A stretch of DNA of 64,000 bases from IMG/VR virus record IMGVR_UViG_3300005670_000019; one strand, written 5' to 3'. Positions 10,498 through 22,273 of this stretch are shown one piece after another. Made by a program: the position numbers and the translations under genes. Origin of the DNA: a virus. Lineage: Duplodnaviria; Caudoviricetes. Every line of letters begins with the position of its first letter. Within the stretch, counting starts at the first letter, position 1. A model generated the notes under the pieces. The model did not search any database and was not told where the DNA came from. It saw only the letters and a list, made by a program, of their open reading frames with translations.

Positions 10498-11600
10498 GAT
10501 TTTCTCCTATACTTACAGCCTAGCACAGACTGTGAGGATTTTCAATTATTGCTATAGGCGCCAATTTTTGGGAAGACGGGGCGTGACCGTTTGTTGAACG
10601 CGACAAGCACTCAAGTAAAGCTCGACAAACTTCTGAGCCTCTTCAAGGGTTTTGAAACCTTTACCGTCGTCGATTGCAATCTGTTCAACGCCCCATTCCA
10701 CTCGAAAATACCCTGAGCGACCATCAATTTGAAAAATTAGTGTTCGCCTCTTTTCGCTCTCGAAAAGCTGAACGAGAGCAACATACAAGTTGCTCTCAAG
10801 TTCTTGAAACTGTGGAGTGGAAAGGTCCATTGTGTTCACTGCTCGTTGCATGAGCAACTGAAAGAATCCTCTTGCACCTCGAAATGCATCGAAGCTTTCC
10901 CCTCACAAAACTGTGAGCATTGGACGCGGATGACCTCGCTCGGATCGGGTTTGGCAAGGAACAGAATTGCCATCAACACAATTGCAAACCCAACAATCAA
11001 AGACATGATTGCGATCGTCTCGCCATGGTCGTCCCAAAAGTCCTGCAACTTTTTGATCATCACCAATCTCCTCGAAGGTCAGCAGCGAAACGGGCATTCG
11101 ATCGCATCACGCGACGAGCATCCTTTCGCAAAAGGACGTCAGAAGATGCGCTATGCGAAACGCAACGATAACGCTTCTTCAAGCGTGAGTAACGGCGCTT
11201 CCAAAGCGCATTGCCAACGAGAGAGATCGGTGCGGACATTAGGGCTCCTTGTTGAGAATTTCTGCTGCCTTCAAAAGCAGGAAAACATCGGACGAAGTGA
11301 TCGTCGGGTCACTCTCACAAAGGTGAGAAAAGATTTCCTCCGGAGTGCAGTCGTAGCCAAGCATGCAGCGAACACGCTGAATGTGGCAGTCGAATCGATC
11401 CTGAATTTCCATGTTTTTCACTCCGGCTGAGAAAGAAGAAGGTCTTCGATTTCCGAGAAATAGACCCACTTGGTTCCGTCATTTTCGAACCAAACGAGCA
11501 GTCCGACAGCATCCCAAGACTGGTCTTGGATCGTGAAGGTTTCGCCGTCCAACTTGAACTGACAGCCTCGATAGTTCTTTCCGGTGTTCGCCATGATTTT

Positions 11601-11629
11601 AATATAGCATAGCCGGGAAGGATTTTCAA
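11601..11629 (-). promoter_or_regulatory. Sigma70-type promoter, leaderless ORF at 11594
   Basis: TTGAAA-N17-TATATT with extended TG. Confidence 0.75.
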
Positions 11630-11672
11630 GTAATGCTAAGTATGTGTAATTGCAGGGAATTTTTCCCTGCCC

Positions 11673-11996
11673 TCACTCAGGGACAGAGGTATCAGCATCG
11701 ATACCTGTGTCGGTCGGACCAGCATCCTGAACACCAGCATCCGTCCCCGTTTGGGTACAGTCACGCTCCCAAGCCCTTGCAGTTTGGCACGAAGCTTGCC
11801 TGCTTCCCTCACTTATATTCTGTGAGGTTTCGCACCATCTAAGAGCTGTTTCGTATTCCTGTACGAAATCTGCACACTGCTGTTGCTGGTGTTCGATCAG
11901 ATAGTTTGTGGTCGGTTGTGCAGGTGGAGGCGTGGGGGATGCACAAGCAACTAAAAATAGACTAATAAAGGAGTTTTCTATCACTGATTTTTTCAT
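11673..11996 (-). CDS. Putative lipoprotein with DAG-repeat acidic tail
   Basis: Lipobox LVAC; C-terminus TDAGVQDAGPTDTGIDAD. Confidence 0.6.
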   Translation of the reverse strand: MKKSVIENSFISLFLVACASPTPPPAQPTTNYLIEHQQQQCADFVQEYETALRWCETSQNISEGSRQASCQTARAWERDCTQTGTDAGVQDAGPTDTGIDADTSVPE

Positions 11997-12399
11997 AAAA
12001 ATTAATTCCTGCCTGATTCCAGGCTTCTTCTACGAAGAGAACTTTCTTCGGTGTTTGTTCGGCAAGTCTGTCAAGCAATCTTGTCCCGACTCCCTTTCTT
12101 CTAAAGTCATGATGAACAAACGTTCCAATTGTGGAAACATAGATTGTTTGCAATCTATTGTTCATGTAGAATGTTCGTTTACTTGGTGCTTCTAACCAGA
12201 TCCACCCAATTACTTCACCTTCATGCCAAGCCAACCAAAACTTATGTTTGCTTTTTGCTGTAAGATGCTGTAGAAGCGGATAAAGCGTACTTCCTCTGCG
12301 ACCGAAGCCACCATTGGTAAGCTGCTCAAGTCTCTTTTTGAGTTTGGGTCGCTGGAGAATGTTTTTTGATGTATATGGTCCGAGAACTCTGAACATCAT
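11962..12399 (-). CDS. GNAT acetyltransferase
   Basis: FVHHDFRRKGVGTRLL acetyl-CoA motif; N...FYEK. Confidence 0.8.
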   Translation of the reverse strand: MMFRVLGPYTSKNILQRPKLKKRLEQLTNGGFGRRGSTLYPLLQHLTAKSKHKFWLAWHEGEVIGWIWLEAPSKRTFYMNNRLQTIYVSTIGTFVHHDFRRKGVGTRLLDRLAEQTPKKVLFVEEAWNQAGINFYEKISDRKLLY

Positions 12400-12903
12400 T
12401 TTGTATCTCCAGATTTCATTCCCTTTACAAAGTTTTCAACTTCCGGAATGAAAGTCTTTTCCAGTTCCTCAAAACCTTTGTTTGAAAAATGGTTTTGGTA
12501 AAGAATTTCTGTTGCACCTGTAAATGTAACTTTCAGCAACTTATCTGTTTGTCTACTAAGAAGCGGGCGCGGTGCCGAGAAAACATCAAAAATTTTCTCC
12601 AGTTCATCCTTCATTTTGTCATCAAAGACAAAATATCCATCGAAAAAGGAGGCAAATCCGATAAATACTCCAGCTAGAACAAAGAATGGAATGAGTAAGA
12701 TAGTTGCTGGTTTTTCCAAAAAGTCTTTACCTACATACTTCAGGTAACTTGAATAGAAGGGGATGAATGACCTCGAAGGTTTTTCACCAAACCCAAACAA
12801 GTGCCAAGTAAGTTGAGCTAGATAGAAATAGGTGCAAATTCTCCTTACTCCAAGATACCAAAGAAAAAGTAGGGAGATTAGAAAGATGCCAAGAAACATG
12901 TTG

Positions 12904-13425
12904 TTATCCTTTGAAAGAATTTCTAAAGTTTGGAACACGACTTACTTCAAAATCAACTTCATCCATTCCAAGGATTTCATCAATGTTGAAATGAACGTAC
13001 TTTGTTGCCCAAAGAAGTCGTAACAGCTTTAGATTGTAGCTAGAGAAGGACGAGCTTTCAACGAGAATTTCAGGATTCACCCACTTTACAACACCTGTTT
13101 CCCCATTTAGAGGACTTCCAACTTTCCAAGATGAAATTACCTTGTCCAAGTCTTTCACGTCACAACGCGGAAGAAAAGTGGTAGTAAGATAATCTGTTTC
13201 GCCCTTAACTTTGTAAATGAAGAAAGTTGTTAGTTCGTCTGCTTTATATCCGGTTTCTTCATAAAGTTCTCGGATGGCAGCAGAAGTTGCATCTTCATTT
13301 TCTTCAATCTTGCCGCCGGGAAGTCCAAAATCGTTTGGATTATTCTTTCGAGAAACAGCAAGAATTTGGTTCTTTTCTGGAGAATAGAGAAGAACACAGG
13401 CAGCGAGTTTAATTTGTTCGGTCAT
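12904..13425 (-). CDS. Nudix hydrolase
   Basis: GGKIEENEDATSAAIRELYEETGY Nudix box. Confidence 0.92.
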   Translation of the reverse strand: MTEQIKLAACVLLYSPEKNQILAVSRKNNPNDFGLPGGKIEENEDATSAAIRELYEETGYKADELTTFFIYKVKGETDYLTTTFLPRCDVKDLDKVISSWKVGSPLNGETGVVKWVNPEILVESSSFSSYNLKLLRLLWATKYVHFNIDEILGMDEVDFEVSRVPNFRNSFKG

Positions 13426-14076
13426 AGTCGTCTTCGGCGCCCAAGAATTTCTGTTTTTTTGAAATCTTGAGTCTCGTCTCGGTCTACAATTTGAAATCGT
13501 TCATGGATATTCATTCCCGGATCAATGAATTCCCAGGAATAAAACTTGTTTTTTATTTTGATTAGGAGTCGATGTATTTTTCTGGTTTCATCATATTGAA
13601 AACAGAAATGTGCAGCAACCCAAATCTTTTCATCTGTTTCAATGAAAAGAGGGTTTTCATCCTCTTTTACATGAAGAGATTGTGATTTTCGAGCAATTAA
13701 AGTCAAGTTTTCCAGTGAAGAAATCACTGGAGCCCTTGCTTCATTTGAAGCCGTTGGTTTATATGAAGGCTTATCTTTGCTCACGCCAATAAATAGCTGA
13801 GCAAAGGCTCATTCAGTTGAAAAGAGAGGGCTTCGCCATCAAGTCAGGGCTTTTTAGAAACTGTGGAATGATTTTCCACATTTGGTCCTTCACAAACTTT
13901 TCCTCGCCCTTGGAGAGGGTAAGACAGTGGATAGCAAGGTCTTCAACCAGCTTTTCACGCCACTCAGTGTCACGAATAAGATACTTCTCCTCATGAAGAA
14001 GATCATTTGCCAACTGCTTTAGACGAATAAACTCAAAAGGCGCAATGGTATCCATATTTCCTCCAATTGTTAGAAA

Positions 14077-15177
14077 TCAGTTATATTCCGTCCCATCCTT
14101 ACGCGTCAAATAATCTCCAGAAACACTCTTGAGTTGCAAGCGATTTCCCGGAAGACCTTCGGCACAAGTTTCCACCATTGGACGAAGAATTACGCCCTCA
14201 CGAATATGAGACTTCTTACCAGAATACGTCTCATATCCATCAGTAAGTTCGTAAAGCTTTTCCTTGGTGAAAGGACCACGATAAAGGACCGGAACTCTTG
14301 TAAGTTCCAGAACTTCACAAAAACGGTCAAGTTCATCACTCGAAAGGTAGAAACCTTCTCGGTTGTCACCGACGAAGACATCGAAAACACGGAAATCAAT
14401 CTGATCTCCAGTCATTCCGTACTTGAGGTCTTGTACACCAGACCCGAAAGTTTCTCCAAGCACGAAAATTCTATCTCCTCCATTCAGGAAACTTTCACGA
14501 ACTTCATCGCTCAACAGAAACCACTTTTCAGCAAGATTGAGCTTTCGGGCAATCCGCCAATAAAGGTTATTCTTGTTGGCTTCATTGTTCTTGAGAGCAA
14601 GACCCTTCGCAGCCAAACCCTTTGAAGAAACAAAGGTATTTCCAATGTCAGGATGTTCCCACGCCGGGGGCATAATACCGATCATTGTCCAAGTGCCATG
14701 AAGCTTTTCCGTCATAACAACTTGTTCGTTTTCGGAAAAAAGCTCTGGATACTTCTTGAAGTTTTCGACATCATACTTGACGGTTCGATGCCCTCCAACG
14801 TGAGCAACCTCGCCAGCCATAGATGCAGGCACAGTTGGTTCCCACTTTGTAATCCCAAGTTCGTCCGCAACGTTTTGTCCGAGACTCCAATGCGGACGAG
14901 CGGGATACACAAGCCCCTGACTCAGAACACCACGAAGCTTGATTGCCTTTACTCTGTCCTTGTTGGACCCGGACAACTTTCCGTCAACGTTGATATCCTG
15001 TTGAATGGACAGTGGAACGAGCGACTGCTCCGGAATATAGGCAACCAAGTCACCAGACTTGTACTTTCCCTTCGGGACAACGCAAAGATACTCTCCAACT
15101 TGAGCAAGCTCAAGAGTATCAGCATTTTGGTGAGGCTTAATTTGAACCTCAACTACTTCGACAGAAAATGAAGACAT
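14077..15177 (-). CDS. RNA ligase, DRB0094 family
   Basis: N-terminal HQNADTLE and LRGVLSQGL; TEKLHGT, GETFG, EGVI and LKSVSGDYL. Confidence 0.88.
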   Translation of the reverse strand: MSSFSVEVVEVQIKPHQNADTLELAQVGEYLCVVPKGKYKSGDLVAYIPEQSLVPLSIQQDINVDGKLSGSNKDRVKAIKLRGVLSQGLVYPARPHWSLGQNVADELGITKWEPTVPASMAGEVAHVGGHRTVKYDVENFKKYPELFSENEQVVMTEKLHGTWTMIGIMPPAWEHPDIGNTFVSSKGLAAKGLALKNNEANKNNLYWRIARKLNLAEKWFLLSDEVRESFLNGGDRIFVLGETFGSGVQDLKYGMTGDQIDFRVFDVFVGDNREGFYLSSDELDRFCEVLELTRVPVLYRGPFTKEKLYELTDGYETYSGKKSHIREGVILRPMVETCAEGLPGNRLQLKSVSGDYLTRKDGTEYN

Positions 15178-15195
15178 GTTGTCACCTATGCTTCA

Positions 15196-15224
15196 ACGAT
15201 AGCAGGGCGGAGGAGGATTTTCAA
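15196..15224 (-). promoter_or_regulatory. Sigma70-type promoter
   Basis: TTGAAA-N17-TATCGT with extended TG. Confidence 0.7.
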
Positions 15225-16150
15225 GTAATGGAAGATAACCAATTAGAGATTGTCTTCATTCCACTGTGTATCAGAAGGCGCTGTGGGAATGTTGGAAAAC
15301 AACTTACCTTATTTTCCGTTGAAATCCATTTCCGAGTTCCAGAAAATGGAGGATTTATTCCTGCCGCGGAAATAACATCCGGAAAATTCACGGTTCGTCG
15401 TACCAAAACTAGGTTACCATTTTTATCGAAAATGGTTTTACGAAACTCGTCTTGAAGAATTTGTGTTAGTCTTGAGGCTACTTGCTTCATGACAACAGGG
15501 TCGCCGGTGCGACCCGACACTTTTGATTCAATCAAAAGCTCGTGAACAATCTGATGAAACTCCATGAAAGATTCGCATTTCTGATAGAAATCAGTCGCGT
15601 AAATGCTTTTTGGAGTTTTTCCGCTCTTTACAAGAGTCTGTTCAAGTGTATCGAGATAGGTTTCAAAAAACCTATAGAAGATAGTGGAATTTTGTGTTAT
15701 GGTATGATGAAATGAATAAAGTTCATCATTCTCTTGATCAAAAGCTTCATCTGCCTCATACCAAAATCCATAGTTTGCGATATTATCAAGATGCCAACGA
15801 ACACCCGCAATCCCATCAAGAAAACCTTTGATAGGTTTGATTTTCCCCTTTACAAGGGGGTCAATTGTACGAAGAACTTCTGTTTTCCAAGTTTGGAGAT
15901 ATAGTTCACCAAACAACTCTTTGTTCCAAATAGTCGAAGGTAACGAACCGCTCATTTTATGCTGCTTGATCAGCATTTGGAGCTTCTCTGATTGAAGGAT
16001 CAGATCAAAAAAGGGGGAAACAAGTGGTGAACTAAGAACGTTTTTATAAAACGCGGCTTCAACCTCTACAAACTCTGTCCATTCGGAGATATAGAGTGAT
16101 CTCAACCCCTTTTGTTGCTCTGTTAGATTTAGGTTGGAAAGGTCGATCAT
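15221..16150 (-). CDS. Hypothetical protein
   Basis: 309 aa ORF. Confidence 0.6.
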   Translation of the reverse strand: MIDLSNLNLTEQQKGLRSLYISEWTEFVEVEAAFYKNVLSSPLVSPFFDLILQSEKLQMLIKQHKMSGSLPSTIWNKELFGELYLQTWKTEVLRTIDPLVKGKIKPIKGFLDGIAGVRWHLDNIANYGFWYEADEAFDQENDELYSFHHTITQNSTIFYRFFETYLDTLEQTLVKSGKTPKSIYATDFYQKCESFMEFHQIVHELLIESKVSGRTGDPVVMKQVASRLTQILQDEFRKTIFDKNGNLVLVRRTVNFPDVISAAGINPPFSGTRKWISTENKVSCFPTFPQRLLIHSGMKTISNWLSSIT

Positions 16151-16655
16151 GGCTCAATTTCAGGAGACTTCGGTCTTGAAACCCCAAGTCCAGTCACCGC
16201 GCGGATCTTGCACAACCAGATAGTTCCACGTCCCATCCGTCATGTAGAGGTTCGTCCCGCCATTCTTGAGCTTGGACTGTCGAGAAATTGCGATCTTTCC
16301 CTCTTCGTAGAGGCGCGAAAGACGCGAAAGGTCTTCATCCGTCAGAGGATAAGAAACGGTTCCCATGATTCACCAACCTTCGTCAGGGTTTTCTTGAGGA
16401 GTTTGCTCTTCACCTTCGAGCATCCAGACAATCGCTCGGAGAACGAAGTCCATTGCGGGCAACGTGCTCAATCCAAGCGCCACCAACATGATCGTCTCAA
16501 TCAAGGCGCACCTCCGTGGACTCCATGTCCTCATTCGAGGACATTTCCTGCTCTGGTCCCTCAAGAAGGAACACAAAAACCCAGCAGAAAATCGTCATCA
16601 AAAGGATGATGGAAATCATGTCGCGGCAAATGTCGGGCGCTTCGTTCATTCCTAT

Positions 16656-16684
16656 ACATTAGCATACCTCGGGACGATTTTCAA
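16656..16684 (-). promoter_or_regulatory. Sigma70-type promoter, leaderless ORF at 16649
   Basis: TTGAAA-N17-TAATGT with extended TG. Confidence 0.7.
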
Positions 16685-18295
16685 GAAATGCAGCGAAAAA
16701 AATTCCTCAATAATTTCAAGGGTTTGGACGCTGTGCCTTCGTGGCATAGTAATACTCGTCCAATTCGAGCCTTTTGAACGAGGTGATATTTATGTCCCAT
16801 TTTGGGGACCCAATTACAAGGACACTGTATTTTCTTGGTTCATAAATCCCTTTTTCGAGGGTTGAAAACCATTCAAATTTCCACTTTCCTCTACCTGGGG
16901 CTGTAAAAACTCTCAAAAATCTGCGATCGGTAATGTACTCTTCCCATACCCAACCACCTTCGTCAAGAAATTGGAAAATTTTCCTCTTTTTCTTTTTGGG
17001 GTTCACAACTCCCTCCACGCAAAAATTGTTGGATCGAAGTCTTTGATCATTTTTGAAAATAGATAGGCGTGAAAATCTACATCATTTATTGCAGTTGCAT
17101 TCAATGTTTCATGAAGTGAGGATGCCGGACTAAGCCAAATCAACTCTTGTTTGATCCAATTTTCTCTAAAGGATTTGAGATCATATTTTCTTTGGAAGTT
17201 GATACGCATCATAACCAATAACATGAGTGCCTCTTCAAGGGCATTGGATGTTGTAAAAAAGAGTTTTGGTCTGCGAAGTATATCTCTGATTTGAGCGTCA
17301 TGAAGGTCTGCTAACAAAACATCAACTTCCTTCTGTGTCTCCGTCGAAACTTCCGGAGTTTTCGATGTAATAACCGGAGATAAGTCTTCCGGTTTCTCTT
17401 CCCCATGGTAAGGGAGCATAACTATCTCTTGTGCTAGTGTTGGAGTTGTTTCTTCCTGCATCACAAACTTTTTCTTTTTGATTGCATTCATCTTTGTAGT
17501 ATGATTTTTTCTTTGATGGCTGTTTAGTCAATACAACTTCATCATTGTTCTCATAGAAGCAATAGCCAAAAAAGAAGATTGAAAGAAGTATCGGAATGGA
17601 ACAAAACGTAAAAGTAAACTTTGGAAAAGAAAACCATTTCCAAAGAATCAATCCAAACAATCCAATAACGGCACCAATAACAAATAAAAACAAACCTAAA
17701 ATAAAACACAAAACTTTTATGACGATGTGTATTTCTGGTTTGTCTTCCATGTCAGTACCTCATTTATTCAATCTGTGTCTTGCTGATACCAAGAAGAGTA
17801 CAGAGGATATCCATAATCTTCATCATAATCTTCCTCGGGATGTGTCATCGAATTGTTTTTCTGACCTTGTAGAGTTTCGTATTTTGAAAGAAGCGGTGCA
17901 GAGAAGTTCTGACAAGAAGGCGTAATGCATTCCGCAGAGATAAACAATAACTGACAAGGGTTTCCGCAACAGGGACAATTACTCCAATTCATCAACATCC
18001 TCTTTCTTATCTTTCTGTCTCTTATCTTGAAGCAACTTCTCTAAAAATTCAATCTTTAATTCAAGTCCGTGCGTTTCAGAAGAGCCTTCGTAAAAGGCAT
18101 GTTCGAGATTCCTCCAAAGAATTTCTCGTAACAAATCAAGTTTTTCTTCACTCAAATGAGCCGTCTCGGCAGAATAGAAAATTTCTTCGACTTCTTTCAT
18201 GAGGAGATCAATCACCTCAGTAAGAACTCGAATTTTTTTTCCTTCTTCAATCTGTTTTTCTTTTTTGCCCACAACCTAATTAACCCGTTCAAACA

Positions 18296-18466
18296 TTACC
18301 CAAGAAGAGTATTTGAGGTCTTTTGTCTTTTTAGAAAGATTTTGTAGAATCTTTGGCTTTCAAAAACAGAAACTAACTCCCATCCATTCTCCCCATGTTC
18401 TGCTAATTTTTGTTCACAAACAAACATGTTTGGAACAGTTTCAACTTTATACTCCCACTTAGTCAT
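18296..18466 (-). CDS. DUF4177-like small protein
   Basis: KWEYKV...LAEHGENGWELVSV. Confidence 0.6.
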   Translation of the reverse strand: MTKWEYKVETVPNMFVCEQKLAEHGENGWELVSVFESQRFYKIFLKRQKTSNTLLG

Positions 18467-18494
18467 ATTCATCATCTTTCTTCTATTTATTTTT

Positions 18495-19769
18495 ATGGCT
18501 CTACACGGTTTATATCGCTGTCTGCTAAACCCTTCAGGCGTTTCATATTCTACTTCAAACATTGTTGAAGTAGAATCGCAGAATGCATATGTAAATATCT
18601 TTAGATTTCTTTCAACCTTGACAGGATCAGGAGAAGTTTCAAGAATTGCATACAATATTGGTCATGTAAACTCTGGAGCTTTGGGAAATGGTCTTGGTTT
18701 TTGGGGAGAAGCTAACCAATGTGGAGGTAATGCTTGGTCTGTTTGGCGTTTCAACTCTGGAAGCAACCGAACATTTGATTTTTACATACTGTTTCAACAT
18801 GCGGGTGGTCAGTTCACGGCAACATTAGGAAATACTTCGGCTTCTTATGGGTTTATTCCAGTCGCCGATTCCACATATCCAAACACATATCGTGGAATGT
18901 TGGCTTATCAGATTGCTGCGTCCGTAGATCCAACAACCGGAATTTCTTCAAACCCTTGGAACGGCACAACAAACAATAATGGAACAGATGCAAAAGGAAC
19001 TCCAACATGGGTAACAGGCTCGGTTGGACATGATCTTTTTGTTGTTCCTGCTAACAATAACGAAAGACCAAACAAAGATAGTTTGGCAGCAATCTACTAT
19101 CGAGGAAATATTGCTACGGCATATCGATATGTAATGAACATACATTCATGGAATGATACCGATTTAGATGGAATGTTCTTCTCATTCTTTAGAGAAGATC
19201 AGTTTTCAAATAACCAATATTCTGCTGGGGGTCTTGATTATTTGGAACATGCTTGTTATATTGGAACTTATAAGCGAAGAGATTCTCTAACTGGGTCAGT
19301 CAAAGCTCCAATTGTTGGTGTCGGTGGTGATAGCATCCATAGTAGACCGCTCCAAAGTAATAGTAATCCCATCCTAATTCGTTCTGGTGCTGCTGGGATT
19401 GCGCTCTCTTCTTCAAATGTTGCAACACTTTATGCTTTCCCATTAGAAGGAATTGGAGGAATAATTTCTATTGCAAATCCAATGGGAATTGATCCTTCTT
19501 TTTTGAACAAGAAAGAAACTCATGAAATTTTCTTAGTTGCAACAGGAAGTACGGGTGGTTCGGCAGGAACCGGATCAGTTGGAATGGTTGGAAGCTTGGG
19601 AAACAATGTAAGAATTGCTTGGTCTATCTTGCCACTAGCTTGTAATCAAACACATATGATGGCGTCTTTACAGAACTCTTCAACAGTTGGAGGTGTCATT
19701 GTTCTTCCATGGTCAGGTTCAAATTCTTTTTGGACAGCAACGAGCCAATCTGGCTCAATATTATTTTGA
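18495..19769 (+). CDS. Putative virion/tail-associated protein, paralogue 1
   Basis: G/S/T/N-rich; shares SVWRFNS and NPWNGTTNNNGTD with the next gene; CTATTTA upstream. Confidence 0.65.
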   Translation: MALHGLYRCLLNPSGVSYSTSNIVEVESQNAYVNIFRFLSTLTGSGEVSRIAYNIGHVNSGALGNGLGFWGEANQCGGNAWSVWRFNSGSNRTFDFYILFQHAGGQFTATLGNTSASYGFIPVADSTYPNTYRGMLAYQIAASVDPTTGISSNPWNGTTNNNGTDAKGTPTWVTGSVGHDLFVVPANNNERPNKDSLAAIYYRGNIATAYRYVMNIHSWNDTDLDGMFFSFFREDQFSNNQYSAGGLDYLEHACYIGTYKRRDSLTGSVKAPIVGVGGDSIHSRPLQSNSNPILIRSGAAGIALSSSNVATLYAFPLEGIGGIISIANPMGIDPSFLNKKETHEIFLVATGSTGGSAGTGSVGMVGSLGNNVRIAWSILPLACNQTHMMASLQNSSTVGGVIVLPWSGSNSFWTATSQSGSILF

Positions 19770-19778
19770 GGATTGAAT

Positions 19779-20981
19779 ATGCCTATTTTTGCAGCAGTCG
19801 ATTGTGTAACCAACAGTGGTTCAATCAACAACAACTACATAAACGCAAATGAACTTTATGTTACTTGCTATAATGTTCTATTAGCAGCTCAAACAGCAGG
19901 ACATGTAACAAGAATTGCTTATGGAACTGGTTCTGCTGTTTCAGGAGCCTTGGGAACTGGAGTTGGATATTGGGACACTGGCAACGCTTCTGGTGGAAAC
20001 TCTTTTTCTGTTTGGAGGTTCAACTCTTCGTCGTATCGTTCATATGAGTTTTATTTGTATCTTGGATATGCAGCAACCGGAACAACGATTGGTGCAGAAC
20101 CAAGTCAGTCTCTTCAAAGAAACACAACTTCAACCTTGTATTCTCCTTTGATTTTCCAAATAGCCACATCTTTCAATCCAAATACAGGAGTTACAACAAA
20201 TCCTTGGAATGGGACGACTAACAATAACGGTACAGATACTTTCAATACACTGACCTCAACAATGTGGAGATCAGCTTCCGCAGGAAACATTCTTCATGTT
20301 TACCCAATGGGAAACACAACCGATAGTACATTCACTGGAAGTCGAAATCTTGTTGGATTGTTAGCCTCGGGTCTTGGAGCAACCAATCCAATGAGATTCA
20401 ACTTTTACGTTGCTGCTGGCACGCAAGGTGACGGAATTTTGATGACATACAAACCGAATGCTGCAAATGACACAGTTTGGAAGTGGAACTTTGCAACCAC
20501 TTATTCACCAAGAGTAGAAATCTCGTCTTCTATCAAAGTTCCACTTGTTTATTGCTCCAATGATGAAAGTTCCAATGATTTTTCAACTTCAATCACAACA
20601 GTTACTTGGCTGTCTGGTTCAAGTGGTATTGCATTGCCAAACAATCAACTTGGAAATCCATTTTTTGCTGATGTTGAATGGTGGGCAAAACCAGGAAACG
20701 TTCCAATGAACTCTTTCCTTGGAACACAACCAGCTCAAGAACTTTCTTATCCTCAACTTTGTATCAATGGAAATGTCGGAATTGGATTTCTTGGAGCAAT
20801 TGATAGTCCATTGATGAAGATTGTTGGTGGTCTATCAACAGACAGTCTTGTAAACTCACAAAATAACGTGATTTTCGGAGCGACCGGGGGAACTGCCACA
20901 TTGAAACTTATGGCACCATGGAGTTCATCAGTTGGAGCCGTTCCCGGAACATTGAACTACAGAACAGGAAGTACATTCTAA
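19779..20981 (+). CDS. Putative virion/tail-associated protein, paralogue 2
   Basis: Tandem paralogue of the previous gene. Confidence 0.65.
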   Translation: MPIFAAVDCVTNSGSINNNYINANELYVTCYNVLLAAQTAGHVTRIAYGTGSAVSGALGTGVGYWDTGNASGGNSFSVWRFNSSSYRSYEFYLYLGYAATGTTIGAEPSQSLQRNTTSTLYSPLIFQIATSFNPNTGVTTNPWNGTTNNNGTDTFNTLTSTMWRSASAGNILHVYPMGNTTDSTFTGSRNLVGLLASGLGATNPMRFNFYVAAGTQGDGILMTYKPNAANDTVWKWNFATTYSPRVEISSSIKVPLVYCSNDESSNDFSTSITTVTWLSGSSGIALPNNQLGNPFFADVEWWAKPGNVPMNSFLGTQPAQELSYPQLCINGNVGIGFLGAIDSPLMKIVGGLSTDSLVNSQNNVIFGATGGTATLKLMAPWSSSVGAVPGTLNYRTGSTF

Positions 20982-21214
20982 TGTCAGTAAATCTTCCATT
21001 CTCTTCACCTATTTCGTCCTCGATGGCAATTTCAAATGCTTTCAATTTTGATCCTGTTAATGCAGCAGGTGTTGGTCTTTCAATAGAAACAACAACAGAA
21101 AGTTCCGGAGATCCTGTGCCGATCTATCGTGGCATCTCCGGAGGTTCTTTTGTATATTCTGTCGGAATCCCTCCCGGCGGTGCAACATTCATAACCATCA
21201 TTGGCTACAAATGA
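20981..21214 (+). CDS. Small hypothetical protein, possibly virion-associated
   Basis: TAATG overlap with the upstream gene. Confidence 0.5.
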   Translation: MSVNLPFSSPISSSMAISNAFNFDPVNAAGVGLSIETTTESSGDPVPIYRGISGGSFVYSVGIPPGGATFITIIGYK

Positions 21215-21243
21215 AAAAAGAGGCTCATTTTTGAGCCTCTTTT
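21214..21243. terminator. Bidirectional terminator
   Basis: AAAAAAGAGGCTCA-TTTT-TGAGCCTCTTTT between the + operon and the tmRNA. Confidence 0.85.
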
Positions 21244-21255
21244 CTTTTCTAAACT

Positions 21256-21638
21256 TGGTGGACACGACGGGGAATTGAACCCCGTGTCCAAAAAAACCTT
21301 AGAACTTCTTTTACGTTGCCTATGTAGTTTCCGCTTTTGCTGAGGAACTTTCGTTCGACTGCCAGGAAGCTCAGCGCATCTACCAACTGTCCTGTTTTCT
21401 TTACCCAAATCTCGTTCTGTAGTTAATGGTAAAGTGGTTCACTACAAAACCAGTCTTCTAAAATGATGCAACAAGAACTACGAAGACTTCTCATGCTTGT
21501 CACACCTCTTACTCAAGCGGCAAGAGGAAGGTATGCGTTTTCTGCATTTGTTTTTGAACACAGTATTTGATTGGTTATGTTCGCCCAATACAACGTGGAT
21601 ACATTCCTTGTGTTTCTCTGTCGAAACCTGTCATGCCC
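21256..21638 (-). ncRNA. ssrA: tmRNA, tag (A)AENAYLPLAA
   Basis: 5' GGGCATG pairs with 3' CGTGTCC-A-CCA with a G3:U wobble; T-arm GGGGTTCAATTCCCC; tag frame GCA GAA AAC GCA TAC CTT CCT CTT GCC GCT TGA at 21545-21513. Confidence 0.95.
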
Positions 21639-22273
21639 GTAATTTTGAGGTCCGTAAGACCTCGTTCCAGTTTTACATCATAGAGGATCATGCATCATTG
21701 AAGGAAATGTTATTTCACCTCACTTAGAGAATAAATAAGTTGGTCCAATTCAATCCAACCAACAATTTCGTTCTCTTCAAAAGAGAACGAACCTAACTTT
21801 TTTTCAAAGTAATTCATAATTGAATCGATCATGTTATGAACTATCTTATTTGCGGATTTTTCCAAAACTGGAAATCTCAATGGATGAGGTTTTAGGTCCG
21901 TCAATTTTGGAAACTGACATGAATACCTTGTTGGACGAAGCAAGGCATTCACATGATATTGAACATGTAAAAGTATCTCTTTGCTTGCTTCGAAGTTATA
22001 AATGACATACCTTCGACCCCAAGAATATTCTTCAAAATCATCTTGATCCATCGCATCAGATTTTAGTTGAAGAATCTCACCTTCGAACACTTCAAAGAAG
22101 CAGATTTTGTCTTTGCTCAAATCATAGGCAATTCCTGAAATCGGACCATCCCAATAAGAATGAGTTGATAGTGTCAGAAATTTCCCATCCAGTTTCGGAT
22201 ACTTGTTTTTTACATCAATAAAAACTTTTGAAGATGTAATTTTGTTACTATCAACTAACGACATATCGTTCCT

